Assembly: GCA_044892505.1 (NCBI GenBank)
Contig: CM097882.1
Coordinates: forward strand, 320,485,786-320,538,524
Source: Schmidtea nova
Lineage: Eukaryota
DNA length: 52,739 nucleotides
Reading direction: 5' to 3'
Shown: piece by piece, positions 33,461 to 47,809 of the stretch
Position numbering within the stretch: position 1 is the stretch's first letter
Layout: each line of letters opens with the position of its first letter
The notes under the pieces: generated by a model
What the model saw: only the letters and a program-made list of their open reading frames with translations
The model's database searches: none
What the model was told of the DNA's origin: nothing
Position numbers and translations under genes: made by a program

Positions 33461-33976
33461 GTTACAGATAATTTCATTACTTTGGACAATTGAAGCCAAT
33501 CATTTTTAATACTTGATGACCTTTTGACTTCGATTGAGAAATGCGATATCGACATTCTTTCAAAATTATTCAAATCCTTCAATAATAAGTTAATTATTGG
33601 TTTAACAGAATCATTCGGATATGATAAATCTATGATGAAATTATCCAGTTTTATTATGATTCTTAATGATATCGATTCTACTGAATTCAATTTGAATACC
33701 ATTTTCTGGTCATGTATGGAATTTCGAATTGGAAAATACCGTACTCTTATTCGAACTTTCATGCTGAATGTGGATATTTGAGAGGTAAATGTCACCAATA
33801 AATTTGAAGAAACCAAACAAAGATTTCTCACATGTTCAATATGTAATATCAATAGAGTTGGTATTTTATATTTACCTTGTGGACATGCCATTATTTGTTC
33901 AAAATGTTTAAAAAACATTAATAAGTGTGAATCTTGTGGTATAAATATTGATGCATATCATGGGATATACATATAA
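33461..33976 (+). pseudogene. ORF ending in an IAP/MDM2-type C3HC4 RING finger, interrupted by TGA at 33491 and 33779
   Basis: In frame after ORF 33524-33781: CSICNINRVGILYLPCGHAIICSKCLKNINKCESCGINIDAYHGIYI*. Confidence 0.8.
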
Positions 33977-34003
33977 TGTCGTACAAAATTTTTGTATTTT
34001 CAT

Positions 34004-34468
34004 TTAATTTATTTTTAGCAGAACCTGGCTAAGAGAATGCACTTTGTGATTAATTATTGCGAAAATTAAAGTAAGTAATTCAAGAAAAAAATAATATTGT
34101 TGGGCAAGAACTGAAATTTGTTTAAATAAAGCAGTAATACAGCATGTAGAAACTCTTACACTCACATATTCACAAACAACGATACGACTGAAAACAACGC
34201 TAAATCCTAATAATTGACTCCGCTCTGAAACTCGAATACAGAGAGTTTTGAGTCCGTGTGTTGGCCTCATTTTTTGCAGTTTAAGTAAATTAACTGATGT
34301 GGTTGTTGATGATGTTTATTTTCTTCTTTTGATGTGTGTTCTATACTCGTTTAATTTTTCAAATGTCATGGGAGTAATGCCACATACTTTGGACAAGACT
34401 GACCGTCTTTTCTGTACTCGAGTTTTAGAACATTTCAATTGGGGATTATGGATTTCGTTTTCAATCAT
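34004..34468 (-). pseudogene. Unknown ~154-codon ORF convergent on the RING ORF, one in-frame TAA
   Basis: ATG at 34468 (MIENEIHNPQ...HIKRRK*) is in frame with ORF 34270-34004; basic N-terminus, hydrophobic C-terminus. Confidence 0.4.
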
Positions 34469-36289
34469 TCTGTTGTTTATAAATATGAAAATATTTATAA
34501 TATATTCTTAAAAAAAATATTTTTTTGTATAAAAATAAAAGAATATTATATTTTTAAGATTAATGTATTTAAATTTAAAAGTTTTATTTCGATTTATATT
34601 TTTTGACTATAATAGAATTTAAAATATATATTTTATTTTAAAAATTATTACTAATTTGTTCGAAAAAAATCGATTTATTTGATTTATATTTGGATGTAAG
34701 ATTGGTAGCACCTGATGAAGAGAATTAAGTTCTCGAAATATATTGTGCAAAATATATATTTGGATTGGCGTTTGTTGGTAATTATATTAGTGCCATGTTT
34801 GTTGTGTTATGTATTAAAGAAATTTAAATTTTAATATTTATTTAACCCTTCTATGAGTTTTGTGGTGTATTTACCATACAAAGGAAGTTCGAACATAAAT
34901 TTTATTTAATCAACTATTTGACAAACTTATTATAGCTACATTATATGTATAGTTTAATTTCCAATAAATGTATATAATCAGGGCTGGCTATAGCATTAGT
35001 AGCGCCTTGATGCGAAACTCCTTTTAGACGCCCATTTTCTAGAAGTATTATTTTATTGTTTTTTTTAACACTATAATATAATAAGTCATTAACAATAAGT
35101 AACATTACGACTTATTTTTGAATGGCTTTACAATTATATAACAAAGTTAAAGGAGTTTATAGTGCACAAAATAGTAATGGGTGCGATTTGATCACTTTAT
35201 TATTCTCGTGATCTTTGCGGCTACAAATACTATTGTGAACCACTTTTTCTATTACGAAATGATTGCAATCATTCGACAGAGATTGTGAAATGAATAAATA
35301 AAAATTCGGATATGTGGTATTTGAAAACGAAATCATTTTAATTTTGTAATCTACATTAGAGGTCAACATGTCTACCAGTTGAAACTTCTATAAAATAGTA
35401 CCGTAATTCTAAGTTTCCGAAGATAAATTATTTTTAAAAGCAGTTTTCCCATAAAAATATGCCTTGTATTCGCTACGTTTATAATATATAAGGGACAATC
35501 ATATATTACCTAAGCACTTGAATGAGGAGATATTGTGTGCGGCTATGTATTCGGATGGGTCTCAGGAGATATGGCACGTAGACACAAATAATTAAGTTTC
35601 TCTGGATCAAAGAGATTTTCTATTAAAGAAGATACATATTCAGTTTTGAGAGAAATTAAAATGAGAATTAGCAAATATATTATTAGAAACGTGGAGGTAA
35701 AGCTATTGGATCATATAGTTGTAATATTTGAAGTTTTGACCTTTACATTTTAATCAGTGCATCTCACCGAATATTTGCTATATTAAATTCATGTCATCTG
35801 GTTTATTACTGTTAATGAAATATTTATATATACGAAAATATTTTCCTCTCCTCCCTTTAATTTATTAAATATGTATGTAGTATACCTATTATTACCAAGA
35901 GTCATCCGTTTGACGGGTTTATTAATTCATAATTAATAGTAAGAAATAGACTATTCATAAAAGAATAGGTCGCGTTATACGTCGCGTTATACGTCATGTA
36001 TATCCGTCATTTATAAAAACGTGTTGATTTGTACGGTTATTAGCTTATTTTGTCCTTTGATGCCTTAGTTGACAAGCAAGTTTGTAAGAGAAAATTATTG
36101 TATTAGTTTTGACATAATAATATCTAATTTAGATTATGAACAAAGACTAAAATTTTCATGGTAATATGAGAATATTTTCAAATAAAAATATATTCTCGCA
36201 CTTTTTTTCATGTTAATTAGTTACTATGGACATGCTATGAAAGGCAACTACTATTTACCAAAGAGACTCTAGACTTTTGTAACAAATAA

Positions 36290-37310
36290 CCGATATAGAT
36301 GAAAACTGCTCTCATACCAACTTTGATGAAAAAATAGCGACCTATACGATAGTGATGTTAGAGTTAAGCTTTTGCATTATGATGAAATCAGCGAAACTGA
36401 ACAGTTAGGCACTAAAATGAAATTCGACATAATGCACGTCACAGCAAAAAAAAATAAAAATTTCTTCAGACTCTGAAATTGAAAGTATTTTTGGAAGTCA
36501 TGAAACATCATTTAATGAAGATGACGCGATTGAAATTGCAGCTGACTTAACCAAATGGTCAAAGCAGCTAGAAAATGGTTTTAGTGGTAAATCTCCAGTC
36601 TATAAGATGTTTAAAGATGTCGTAGGTCTAACATATGTCAAACAAAATATTAGTCTCGACAACATAACTAGCGTTTTTCAACTCATAATTGCTGGAATCA
36701 TCCTAGAGCATATAAAATATGTATGGAAATAGAGGCACGTCGAGTTTTAACGATGGACTTAAAAATTACAATGAAGAATTACGTACTTTTCTAGGAATTT
36801 TGTGTGTCCGGGGAACATACAGTGAAAGGGGTTGAAAACTTCATATTTATAGACTAAGAATGGGTGCCCGCTTTGTTTTCGCACACAATGTTCATAAAGT
36901 ATTTTAAGAAATTATATCTTTTGATAATAAAAACGAGCGTAGTCAACATTTATGAACCAATAAACTAACATTGATTTCTAGAACATAAAAACATTTTAGA
37001 GAAAATAACCAAGCTAGTTACAAGCCAGGTGCGAATATCACGATTGATGAACAACTTTTCTAACCAAAGCTAGATTCGGATTTATACAATGCAAAACAAA
37101 AATGTGGTTTTCAAACTTGCTGAACCATATTTAAGTTATGGAAGAACTATTACAACCGGAGATTTCTTTTACAAGTTTCCCACTTGAAAAGTTACTCAGA
37201 TAAATGACTTTGGTTAAAACCACACAAAACAAAAGACAACAAAAAATTCCAAAAGAGCAAAAATAAAAAAGGATAATATAGATCGATTTTTCTTTTATTC
37301 AGCTTACGCA
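36290..37310 (+). pseudogene. Decayed piggyBac (PGBD4-like) transposase, N-terminal and central part
   Basis: Fragments ELRTFLGILCVRG, KLTLIS, SYKPGANITIDEQLF*TKAR, and MTLVKTTQNK..IPKE. Confidence 0.85.
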
Positions 37311-38379
37311 CAAATTCGTTAACATTGATGGCGTTAATAAAAGTGTCTAAGAAATAGCTTTATTGTGTTGCTAACATTAACATTAAAATACATGTGAATA
37401 TATTTTAGAATTTTTATTTTTAATAGAATTAAAATAATTTCAAAAGTCATGCTGTGAAGTATGGGTGTTGTTATAAAAATTATTATTGACACTAGGGATT
37501 AATACAACTCATAGCCCATCATAAATATTAAGCTACCTCACTCGTGTATCCATAGTTATTCCCTAGCTAACTATGTTGGTACTGTACACGGTGGCAAGAA
37601 ACTATTGAGCAGGCGAGATTCGTTACCAAAAATTACTAATTACTATATTCTCTCTTTCGGGTTCCTGCTGTTGACAGAGGGACTTAGACATCTACTTACT
37701 TTACGGTCCTATCGCATGAATAAATCTTAACTTTCTATTTCCCACATTTATTCGTTCTCGAAAATTATATAGATAACCTCTCTTAACTCCCTCAGATTTA
37801 ATTTACACTTATTTCATAAATTTGCATTTTCCCATCATCCAAGATTTAATTTTTAATGAATTTTAGTTACTCCTCACCATACCGTGGAGCTATAAACAGC
37901 CCCACTCATACGGCTTTCACCACTGAGGACGCACCTATTTATTTCATGAGTAGATTTTAATCGGGAATCAAACATATATAAATTTAAAACTCATGTTTCA
38001 AATATTTATTAAACTCAATTCAAAATATACGGAAAACTTCCACTTTACACATTATAAAAAACAAAAACATACTTGAACAAACTCGCAAAGGTTCACTTAC
38101 CTTGAATATTCAAATAAAATGACCAAATCTGGCTGGTTAAATCACTCTTTAAAATTAAAAACTGACTCTGACAATTTTAGTTAGCAATGATTTTGGTGTT
38201 CTACGAGTGTTAAAATTATGATTTTTCAACTCCTATATATACTATTTTTGAGTGGCTGTGTGTCCACTACCGGTACGAGGTTTCTATACAAATGTTAACA
38301 AAACTGTAGGTATATGCGGTGGCTTTTCTCTCATTTTTCTATCACTTTACATCTTTAAATAATAAAATGTATTCGAGTC

Positions 38380-41300
38380 GTCAAACAGAAATAAGTTATC
38401 AAAATAGAAATGAAAGAAGCGAAAGACAAATTGATGGAGTGTAACCCGTGGTAGAACAATATAATGAGAGGACAACTATGGATCGTAGACCACCGACCAC
38501 CACCTTTAGTTTCAATGAAACATATCGCAAGTAAAATTTATAATAGATGTTGTTGTCTACCTGAGCCAGCAGAAGAAAGGTTAAGATCTGGTCAATGCTT
38601 TTGTTGTGGACAAAGTGATCATATGCGATTTGAGTGTCCTTTGAAGGACAAATGCGGTAAAGACGGTTATTCATTTAGAAATTGCAATTTGTTAGTGAAA
38701 TCAAGAAGCAGTGCACAAAGACTGGAACAAAGAGTGTACTGTATACACGAAGAAGACGATGACAGATCAGAGGAATTGATAGCCCCAGTCATACATAATG
38801 TTGAGACATAAAAAAACCAAGAAGACCCTGTTGTCTACATTTCTTCAGTAGGGTCGAGACAGTAGATGAGTATAAAAAACGAAATGTTGTAAAGAAGGAT
38901 GTGATGTTTAAGAAGGATGATGATAGAAAGTGTAGTACGATTGAAATGAATGAATTTTATGTAGAGATGCTATGGGATTCAGGAGCTTCAATCAGTGTAA
39001 TGAGTTAGAAATGTTGGAGATTGATTGGCAGTCCAACATTGATGGAAAGCAGAATACGGTTGAGTGGAGTATTTTCAAAAGAAGATGAGAAACCTCTCGG
39101 AAGCGTTAAAATCGTTGCAAAATGGAACAACAAATGTAGAGAATTGAATGTTATTATTGTCAGAAAAATTTATCCAGATTTTATAGGAGGTGTAGATACC
39201 ATGAGAATATTTGGTATGGAGCTTAAAGAAGTCAATAATATAAATGCATAGTTAGTTACCCAGAGATTTACAGATTTTGATCGGTTAGAGTTTGCGTTAT
39301 CGACGCTTAAGTTGGACAAGAATTTGAAGTTGGGTACTTTAATATCTAAGTTTAGCGACATTTTTATGGCATCCAGATTTGACTTAGGCCATACAAAAGT
39401 AATAACAGATGAAATAATCGACTTCGGGTCCTCCAATTTTTCAAAATCCAAGAAGACAGCCCATGCATTTAGAAGTCAAAATTGAAGAGTTAATAAAGAA
39501 TTTATTAGAAGCTGGAATTGTGAGAAAATGTCAGAGTCCGTGGAACACACCACTAGTAATAGTCGGAAAACCGGATGGCTCTATAAGAATGTGTCTAGAT
39601 TTTAGGCTATTAAATTCGATTACAGAAAAGTTTTCATTCCCGATACCAGACATGCAGTTATTATTGGATTGTCTCGATAAGTCAAAGATATTTTCATCAA
39701 TTGATTTAGGTCAAGCCTATTATCAGGTAGAGTTGCATGAAAATTCCCAAACCAAGACGGCATTTAGTACAAAAGAAGGACAATTCTGTTTTAACAGGTT
39801 ACCATTTGGTTTATCAACAGCTCCTGCCACTTTTCAGAAACTGATGCATAAGATATTGGAAGGATTAATTTTCAAAGGAGTGGTTGTCTATCTTGATGAC
39901 GTTTTAATATATGATGAAAATCAGGAAACTCATGATAAACTTCTACTTGAAGTATTCACACGCATTAGAGATGCCGGTTTAAAAGTTAATCCCGAGAAAT
40001 GCGCGTTCTATAAAAGAGTATTAAATTTCATTGGTCATACAGTGAGTGAAAAGGGAATTCAAACAAACAAAAGAAGGATTTCAGAAATTGAAAATGCAAC
40101 TGAACCCGAAGAGTGTTTCAGAATTGAGGTCATTATTAGGTTTAACTAATTATTATTGGCGGTTTATCAAAAATTATTCAATGATAGCGGCACCTTTGTA
40201 TACCGGAACAACAGGAAATGATAAAATTATTGTTTGGACTGAAGAATGTAAAAAAAGGTTTTATCAATTTAAAGAAACGTTTGTGTGAAGCACCAATATT
40301 AGAATTTCCAAGGGCAGATCGAATATTTATTCTTGATACGGATGCTAGTTTTGGAGCCATATGTGCAGTTTTATCTCAGATTAAGGAAGATGGTACTGAG
40401 GGAGTGATAGCGTATGGTTCAAGACATTTAACAACACATGAAATTGGATATTATGTTACTAGAAAAGAGTTGTTGGCACTTCACGAGTTTATTGTACATT
40501 TCAAGAAATTTTTATATGGAAGAAAATTTGTAGCCAGAACGGATCACAACGCATTGACATTTATGAACACGACAAAGAAACCAATAAGCCCGCAGTTTCA
40601 GACATGGATGGCAAATTTATCTGAATACGATTTTGAGTTACAATATAGGAAGGGAGAAGAACATGGAAATGCAGATGGCATGTCTCGTTTAAATAATGCC
40701 ATATGTGCTCATTGTCAGATGAAACACAAGGATGCCAAAGAGGCAAAATGTAGAACTCGGTACATTAATAGTCTACAAGGATGTTCAAATATTATGAAAA
40801 TTATTAAACAGAAGCAAAACGAAGACAAAATTATTACAGAAATCATATTACATCTTAATGGAAATGAGGCTCATATATCTTATGAAACAATCAGTAACAG
40901 TATATTCAAGTATCTAAAAATATTACAGATACAAGATGAAGTATTGATGATTAATGCAGATGGAAAACTTGCAGTTGTAGTACCTGGCAAGTACGTAAAA
41001 ACATTGGTAAATTATTTTCATATTGAACTGTGCCATCTGGGTATCAAGAAAACTTTATTTTATTTAAAAGACTTTTTCTTTTGGCCATCGATGAATCAGA
41101 GTATTACTGAATGTATTAATAAAGTCAACATTTGTGCTAGTAGAAAGATTTATCAAGGAAGAACAAAGGAAATTTTATTGCCAAGAACAGAACGGTTTTT
41201 AGAACAGATAGTAGTCGATATTGCATATATGGAGACAAAAGCAAGTAAGAAATATGATAGTGATAATAGATCGTTTTAGTAAATTGGTCAGCTTATCAGC

Positions 41301-42000
41301 AACAAGTACGCAGGATGAATCAACAATTTTGAATGTCATTTTAAATAATTGGGTATATTGTTTTGGTAGACCACAAAGCATTCTTACAGAAAGAGGAAGA
41401 ATTTTTGAAGGATCAATGTTTCGTGATTGGATGGAGAAATTTGGTATAAAACAAGAATTCAGTTCACCATATCAACATCAATCAAATGGTTTAGCAGAAC
41501 GAATCATAAGAACAGTTCGGGACATGTTGGCAACATCATTGACAGAGATTAGAACAGAGAATAATTGGTGCAATTTGTTACCAAAGATTGAATTTAGTTT
41601 GAATGCTACAATACAAAACTCAACAAATTTCTCACCTTTTGAAATTGTATATGGTCGGAAGATTAATTTATATTCTAGATTAGGACATATACAAAAAAGC
41701 AAAGAAGAAATTGTGGATAAAACAAAAACTAATCTAGAGAAAGCAGCTACAACAATGCAAAATAGAGATTTATAACACCAGGGTACTCGAGTATTCACGG
41801 TGGGAGAGAAAGTATTAGTTCGCTTGGAACCACATAGACGAAAGAAGGAGGGAATCCAATATGAAAGACCTTACAAAATTTTAAAATTCTTATCACCAAG
41901 ACAAGTTGAATTACAATCTCCAAACTTAATCAAATCAAGAAGAATTGAATGGCTGAAGATATTAAAAGAAAATGAAGAGGAGGAGAGTGATGTTCAATAA
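38380..42000 (+). mobile_element. Ty3/Gypsy retrotransposon gag-pol relic, no LTR pair found
   Basis: CCHC knuckle CFCCGQSDHMRFEC, protease LWDSGASIS, RT YLDD, RNase H ILDTDAS/TDHNAL, integrase IVVDI...NGLAER, in PR-RT-RH-IN order; multiple stops and frameshifts. Confidence 0.95.
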
Positions 42001-45000
42001 TTAACTTTGTTTAAATATTATCAAGTTTGGCACTAGTTTAAAAATATATATTTTAATTTGCTAAATTGTTATTATGAATTATGAAGTTGTAATTAAACTA
42101 TATATGAAAAACAGTTTATGTCATTTTAAAAGTATTTTGATGTTAATTAATTTTATTTTAAAATGGCTATGATTTTGTTTTATATATATATATATATATT
42201 TTAATTTTCTAATTCAATGAAATATATTATAATGATAATAATAAAAATAAATTTTTATTGTTTGTTTAAATAAATTATTAATGAACTTCAAATAACAGAA
42301 AAATGAAATAATATTTTGAATTCCAAAAACAATTCTGTTTTTTAAACAATTTTATTTTTTAATCAACTCAAGTAGAAAAATAACAAACATTAATGGCAGA
42401 TTAGTATATAAATTGACTGATTTTTCAGACAAATCACATCCAAAATCTATTTCGATTAACAAGACTTTCATAGCTGTTATCAACTATTGAAACATTTAAA
42501 ATAGAGAATGCGTTGTGTCTAGCTCATAGCAGCATTTAGTATTACACATTGCATGTATAATATATAAGCATAGATACAAAGACAATTAATTTTGGTAATT
42601 CTTATATTTGCTTGATTAGAGATTTCTTATTGAACTAGTTTTGACTTTTTTATTTATATAAGATCATCAAGTTGAGATTTTGTGAACCTCATCAAATGTA
42701 CAAAATTCAGTTTAAGATAGGTAAAAAACATTCGGTTAAATTCAATTAGTAATATTTAGAAGTCATAAAAAAGGTAAAAAAATTCTAACTGCGAGTTTTA
42801 ATGTTATAATATTAAGAAATTTTAAAATGAGTTAGAAGAAAAGCACATGAATCGCATAATTCAAAAATTTAAAAATAAGTACTAAATTGTTAGGAAATCT
42901 GAATGTCAACAATAATTTTGAAAGATTAAATTATTATAAAATCAAATGTTAAAACAAATATAAATAAATCTTTCTAAATACTTAGAGGATTATATTACGT
43001 TTGCAAAACTGTAGCTATATGAAAAATTGAAGCCATGCGCTCACTATACACTATTCAGGTGGATTTGCTTGACAAAAGCCATGAAAGTACAGCGTAAAAG
43101 TAGGGTCACGTCGATGGCCTCTACAAGTATTATATAATATACTGGACTTGTCAGCTATCAATTATTTGGCATTATACAAAACTAAAGTTGCAAAATAACT
43201 ATAAAGGATTTTTTATTTCAATTAACTGAAGAACTTTCTAGTGGATACACTGATGAAAGACGTGAGGCAAATGAATATTTAAAGCATACGGAAAATATAC
43301 CAAATAGGACTTTGCAAAAAATAAATCTAATAATATTTGCATTGAATGCAAGAAATTTTTACAAAAAATGGAATTATTGTAAAAATGAATATACTATTAT
43401 AAAAACGAATAAACAACTTTTTGTTAATAAAAAATAAAACTAATCATATAACTATAAACGACATTTTGAATACACATCAAATTGACGGATTCTGTAAAAA
43501 TAGGTATACATTCAAAGTTGGTAAATCTAATGTTGATTAAATATTCAATTCTAACGAATCTGATTCGAAAATTTATATTATATAATTTGTCAGTTAAACA
43601 TAAACATAATTGATTTATCAATGTTATCAAATCTGAAGTGACTAAATTTATAGTATATAATTTTCTTCATATTAAAGCATCTCTGTAACATTAACTTTCG
43701 TTTTTACTCGCACATTTACGCAATCACATTACTCAATAGCATGAAGTAATCAAATTTTCTATTACTCTTAAAGAAGTGTAAATAAATAATTCCAAAATTC
43801 TCAAAATATAACACTCATTTTGCACAATTTAAATATTACTAATACTCGATTCAATTAGATAAAACTTACGAATAAAATTTATAATAACTATTACTAAAAA
43901 CGGTCGCATTAACCTTTTTGAAGATATTCTACATCGTAAAATTCATTATAAATATTAAAATAAAAAATTAATATGAAAACCAAAAAAGTTACCACATATT
44001 TATAAATAATTAATCAACAAACATAAATTACACTAACCATACTAAATATTTCAAATCCGTCAATCGATAAATCAATATCAATATTTTATTAATAAATAAT
44101 TTTTTATATATACAAATATACTAAAACATTTAAATTTGACATTGACAATTACTCAGAGAAAAATAAAGAGCAGCAGCAGCACAAAAAATTAACTGATTGA
44201 AAGCAAATAATAAAATTTCCAAATAACATTATTATTGAAACTCATACAAATATCATTAAAAAATACAAATAAATTTTTATCACACTGAGAAGACTTATTG
44301 ACCAATGAGCTTCGAGCTGACCAAGCCATTGTTTTAGATAAGTTTTAGAAATGCAACATGTACTGAATAAAAGGCCACAGGTATATAAATAGTAAAACAT
44401 GCTAACACAGTAACACTTTAGAGCTGGAATTGAATTCAGAGGAGATATTCATCTCCCAAGGTGGAAATATATTATTCACCCCTGGACTAAAACGCCTAAA
44501 TTCAACACTTACTCCCCCAATCATTGTTTGCGCATGCATTTACAAATGTTATGATTGTAAATAAATCTAATGAAATAATTCCAACACACCTAGACACACA
44601 CACACACACACGCATAGACAAAGTCAAATCTTGTACTAATTTGCTTTACACACCTTTGTACAAAACATGATTATGATATAATAATAACTGAACAGAAATT
44701 TGGATTTTCAAACAATACATCTGCAAAATGTGTTTATCTTTTATTTCAGAAAAATTAAAACAATTCCAATGAACTTGAACAAAATTTCAATAAGCGATAT
44801 TTTGCAATGATATTGTGCGTTATTAGTAATAATGAGGCTGCCTGTTGAGAGAAAATGCTTTATCTGAAACATGGATAATGATGATGCTAATTTTATCAAT
44901 CATTATCAAACTTTTACCACAATACACACAAACACATATTATCGTGTGTTTAAAGTTTACTCTGCTTTTCTTCATGGCATTCTGCAGAAATCTCTGAGGA

Positions 45001-45180
45001 TTTTCTTTTCACAAATTTCATAGACATTAGAGTGCTTGATGAGATGCTTAAAATGGAAATAATTTAATATGATTTTAGAGTGTTTTTTAAACTTTGTTTA
45101 ATTTGAAAATTTTTAATAAAAACACATTTACTGTAGTGCCTCCGTCATATATATATATATATATATATATTTATTTATTA

Positions 45181-46129
45181 CCGTTAAAGTATATAATGCA
45201 GTTATTTCATAGAATACCTAGTTATTCCATGAAATAATGTCCGTTAAAGTGTAAAACTCTCTTGTATTTCATGGTTTAACTAGTTATTTCGTAGAATAAC
45301 GATCTGCAGCCCGTTAAAGTGTAAAATAATCTGAGGATTATGTTTCAGAAGATAAAGTTGAGCAGAAAATCTGCAAATTGTGTTTTAATGAACTTAATCT
45401 TCAAAGAGATAGAGAAAAGTCTAAAAAATGTTTAGAAATTCAAGCGAAAAAGATGGAATTAATGTCGGATAAATCTCATTCTGAAGCCTCTGTGGGGTTT
45501 ACCGTCCGTATCCTAGTGCCTGAAGTTGACAGAGGAAAAGATGATGCCAAATCTATTTTAACTATCATCATAAAAATAACCGAAGAAGGATTTTTCCAAT
45601 TGGGCACAAGAAACGGCCGCATAAAACAATTATATTCCAGATCCCAGTTCAGTGTCTGCGAACAAAAATTAATTAAGATCGAAGAAGTACCGGATGTAGA
45701 AATATCGCTCCGGTCGGTTGCTACAGCTCAAAGTTTAGGTACTGGTCAGGGATTTAAAAAATGTTTGTGTAAAACCCAGTGTGTCAAGAAAAAATGTTCT
45801 TTGTAATTCCAAGTGTCATTTTAGTAATCCTTATTGTAACAAATGGTTTTATGGTACGTTCCCATAAATACCATTTATACGCTGCTTAAATTAGATAAAT
45901 TGCTTCTTTTTCATTGTCTATCATTAGTTTAATTTCATTTTAGATAAATGATTTATTTTACTCTTTAACTGTCTCTCATTAGTTAATTTATAGAATACCT
46001 AGTTATTACATAGAATAACAAGATAAAGTGTCAAATTAATAACATATTACACACTTTACCGGACATGATCCGTTATTTCGTGGAATAACTAGGTATTCTA
46101 TGAAATAACTGCATTATATACTTTAACGG
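45181..46129 (+). mobile_element. TIR element carrying the C-terminal part of a KRBA2/SCAND3-like integrase-family protein (deletion derivative)
   Basis: 57 bp TIR (one mismatch) CCGTTAAAGTATATAATGCAG..., TA on both sides. ORF 45378-45806 has VPEVDRG, GTRNGRIKQLYSRSQF and SLRSVATAQSLGTGQGFKKCLCK; frameshifted CNSKCH follows. Confidence 0.85.
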
Positions 46130-47064
46130 TAACATATACATTAAATTAATATATTGATATTTAAAAAATAAGTAGGTTTGTTTTAATCACTTAAAGCACT
46201 TGCACTAATTCGAAAATATAAATCAAGATAAAATTCAGAATGCACAAGAGAATCGCAACACGGATTCATTTATTAATTAATAAAATTTATGATTACTTCA
46301 GTATTGTTATTACAGTTATTAAATCAGATCATGTTTGGTCAATATCTTTCCTCGGTTTATTATTCCCTACATTTACTATAAATAAAAAGGATTTAAAACT
46401 GATGTGTATGTAATGAATATTATTTTGATTATTATCATATATGGATATCCATCCCACAAATATTATTTATTGATTTTTATAATTATTTTTATTGACTATA
46501 ATTTATTTAATTACTATATATTTAAAATGCTTGTATTTTTCCGTGTCACATTTCATAAATCAACTAATGATAATTAAATAAATAAAAAAATTAATCATGC
46601 CACCGTTTATTATCCGTCGGCAATATATAATTTTATATAAATTAAAAAAATTGCTACCGATATTTAGTATAATTTCTAGAAAATGCAGTTCCGAAAATTG
46701 GTGTTAAATTGAAAACATTTTAATAAACCCCCATACACACAGCGGAGGTCATTTTTTAAATATTTTTTATTTAAAATATACCGTACATTGAAATGATTCA
46801 ATATTTTTGTAATTTAATTTTTTTACTGTTATTTTTTAATTTTTGAAATTTGACCAAAATATTTTCTTGTGGTAAGAGGTGAGTCCTAAATGTAGAAATA
46901 CACATTTCCCACGAATATTCTAAAACTACTAGATTTTCCTATATAAATTTTTGAAAGTTTATATTTTACTACAATCCAAACTAGTCAAATGGACTCTCAT
47001 GAAGCACTTCAAGCTCTACTTGGTTAACTGGAGAGAGGCAAAAATGGAACTCTTTTAGAAGGCA

Positions 47065-47715
47065 GACGATATTTTCACACCACTAGTTGCTTTTACTTTT
47101 TAAGAAGCCACTTTTACTGTAGCGCTATTTTTTGCGAATTTTCTAATACAAACAATTTTGCTTATAGTCACTTTATCTTCTTCAATTAATAATCTATCTT
47201 ACAATTATCTTTCCCATTTGTCTAAAAATGAAATGATAAAAAATGATATAATAACAATGATTTTTAATTACAATTTTTCAAAATAAAAAACCGTCCCTTT
47301 AATTAAAAATAGTGCAAATTCATAAACAAAATTGGTTATATTTGACACATATCAAACTTAACATTAAAAATTTTAATTAAAACTCACATAATTTTTATCA
47401 AATTTTCATGTTTTTTTATTTCCTCGAATTTGATTGGCTCTTGATTAATTATTTTTAATTTTAAATTTTACTTAGAATTGGTAATAAATATAATAATTTG
47501 AAGATTCAACAAGGACTTGATCTTTTAGAAGGAAAACGGGAAAAATTTGACCGGAATTAAAACGGGGGAAAAATCAATCATCTTTTTTGTCGTTTTTCCT
47601 AAATTTTATTCTATGCCTTAATTTCTGCGGATTTCTTTTCCGGAATTCATGTTTGAAATAATCATTTTTTTATTTAGTTTACTACTAATTTTCAGTGCTA
47701 CTTTTACAAAGTGTT
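47065..47715 (-). repeat. Long inverted repeat, left copy (partner 51834-52475)
   Basis: 47170-47680 is the near-exact reverse complement of 51912-52424, with gapped extension on both sides. Confidence 0.9.
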
Positions 47716-47809
47716 ATTTTCTCAAATTACACTTTAGAAGGGCAGTGCCAAAAATTTGTGTTAAATTGAAGACATTTTGATCAGTGGTCTAAAAGAATGA
47801 ATATAAAAT

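Noticed and set aside
34979-35370. Orphan hAT-like end CAGGGCTGGCTATAG with a possible dimerization-domain remnant
   Set aside because: No partner TIR or TSD found, and protein similarity is marginal.
43050-44580. Faint Helitron/PIF1 helicase-like peptides (VTSMASTSI, VMIVNKS)
   Set aside because: Too short and frame-broken to support by eye; needs a profile search.
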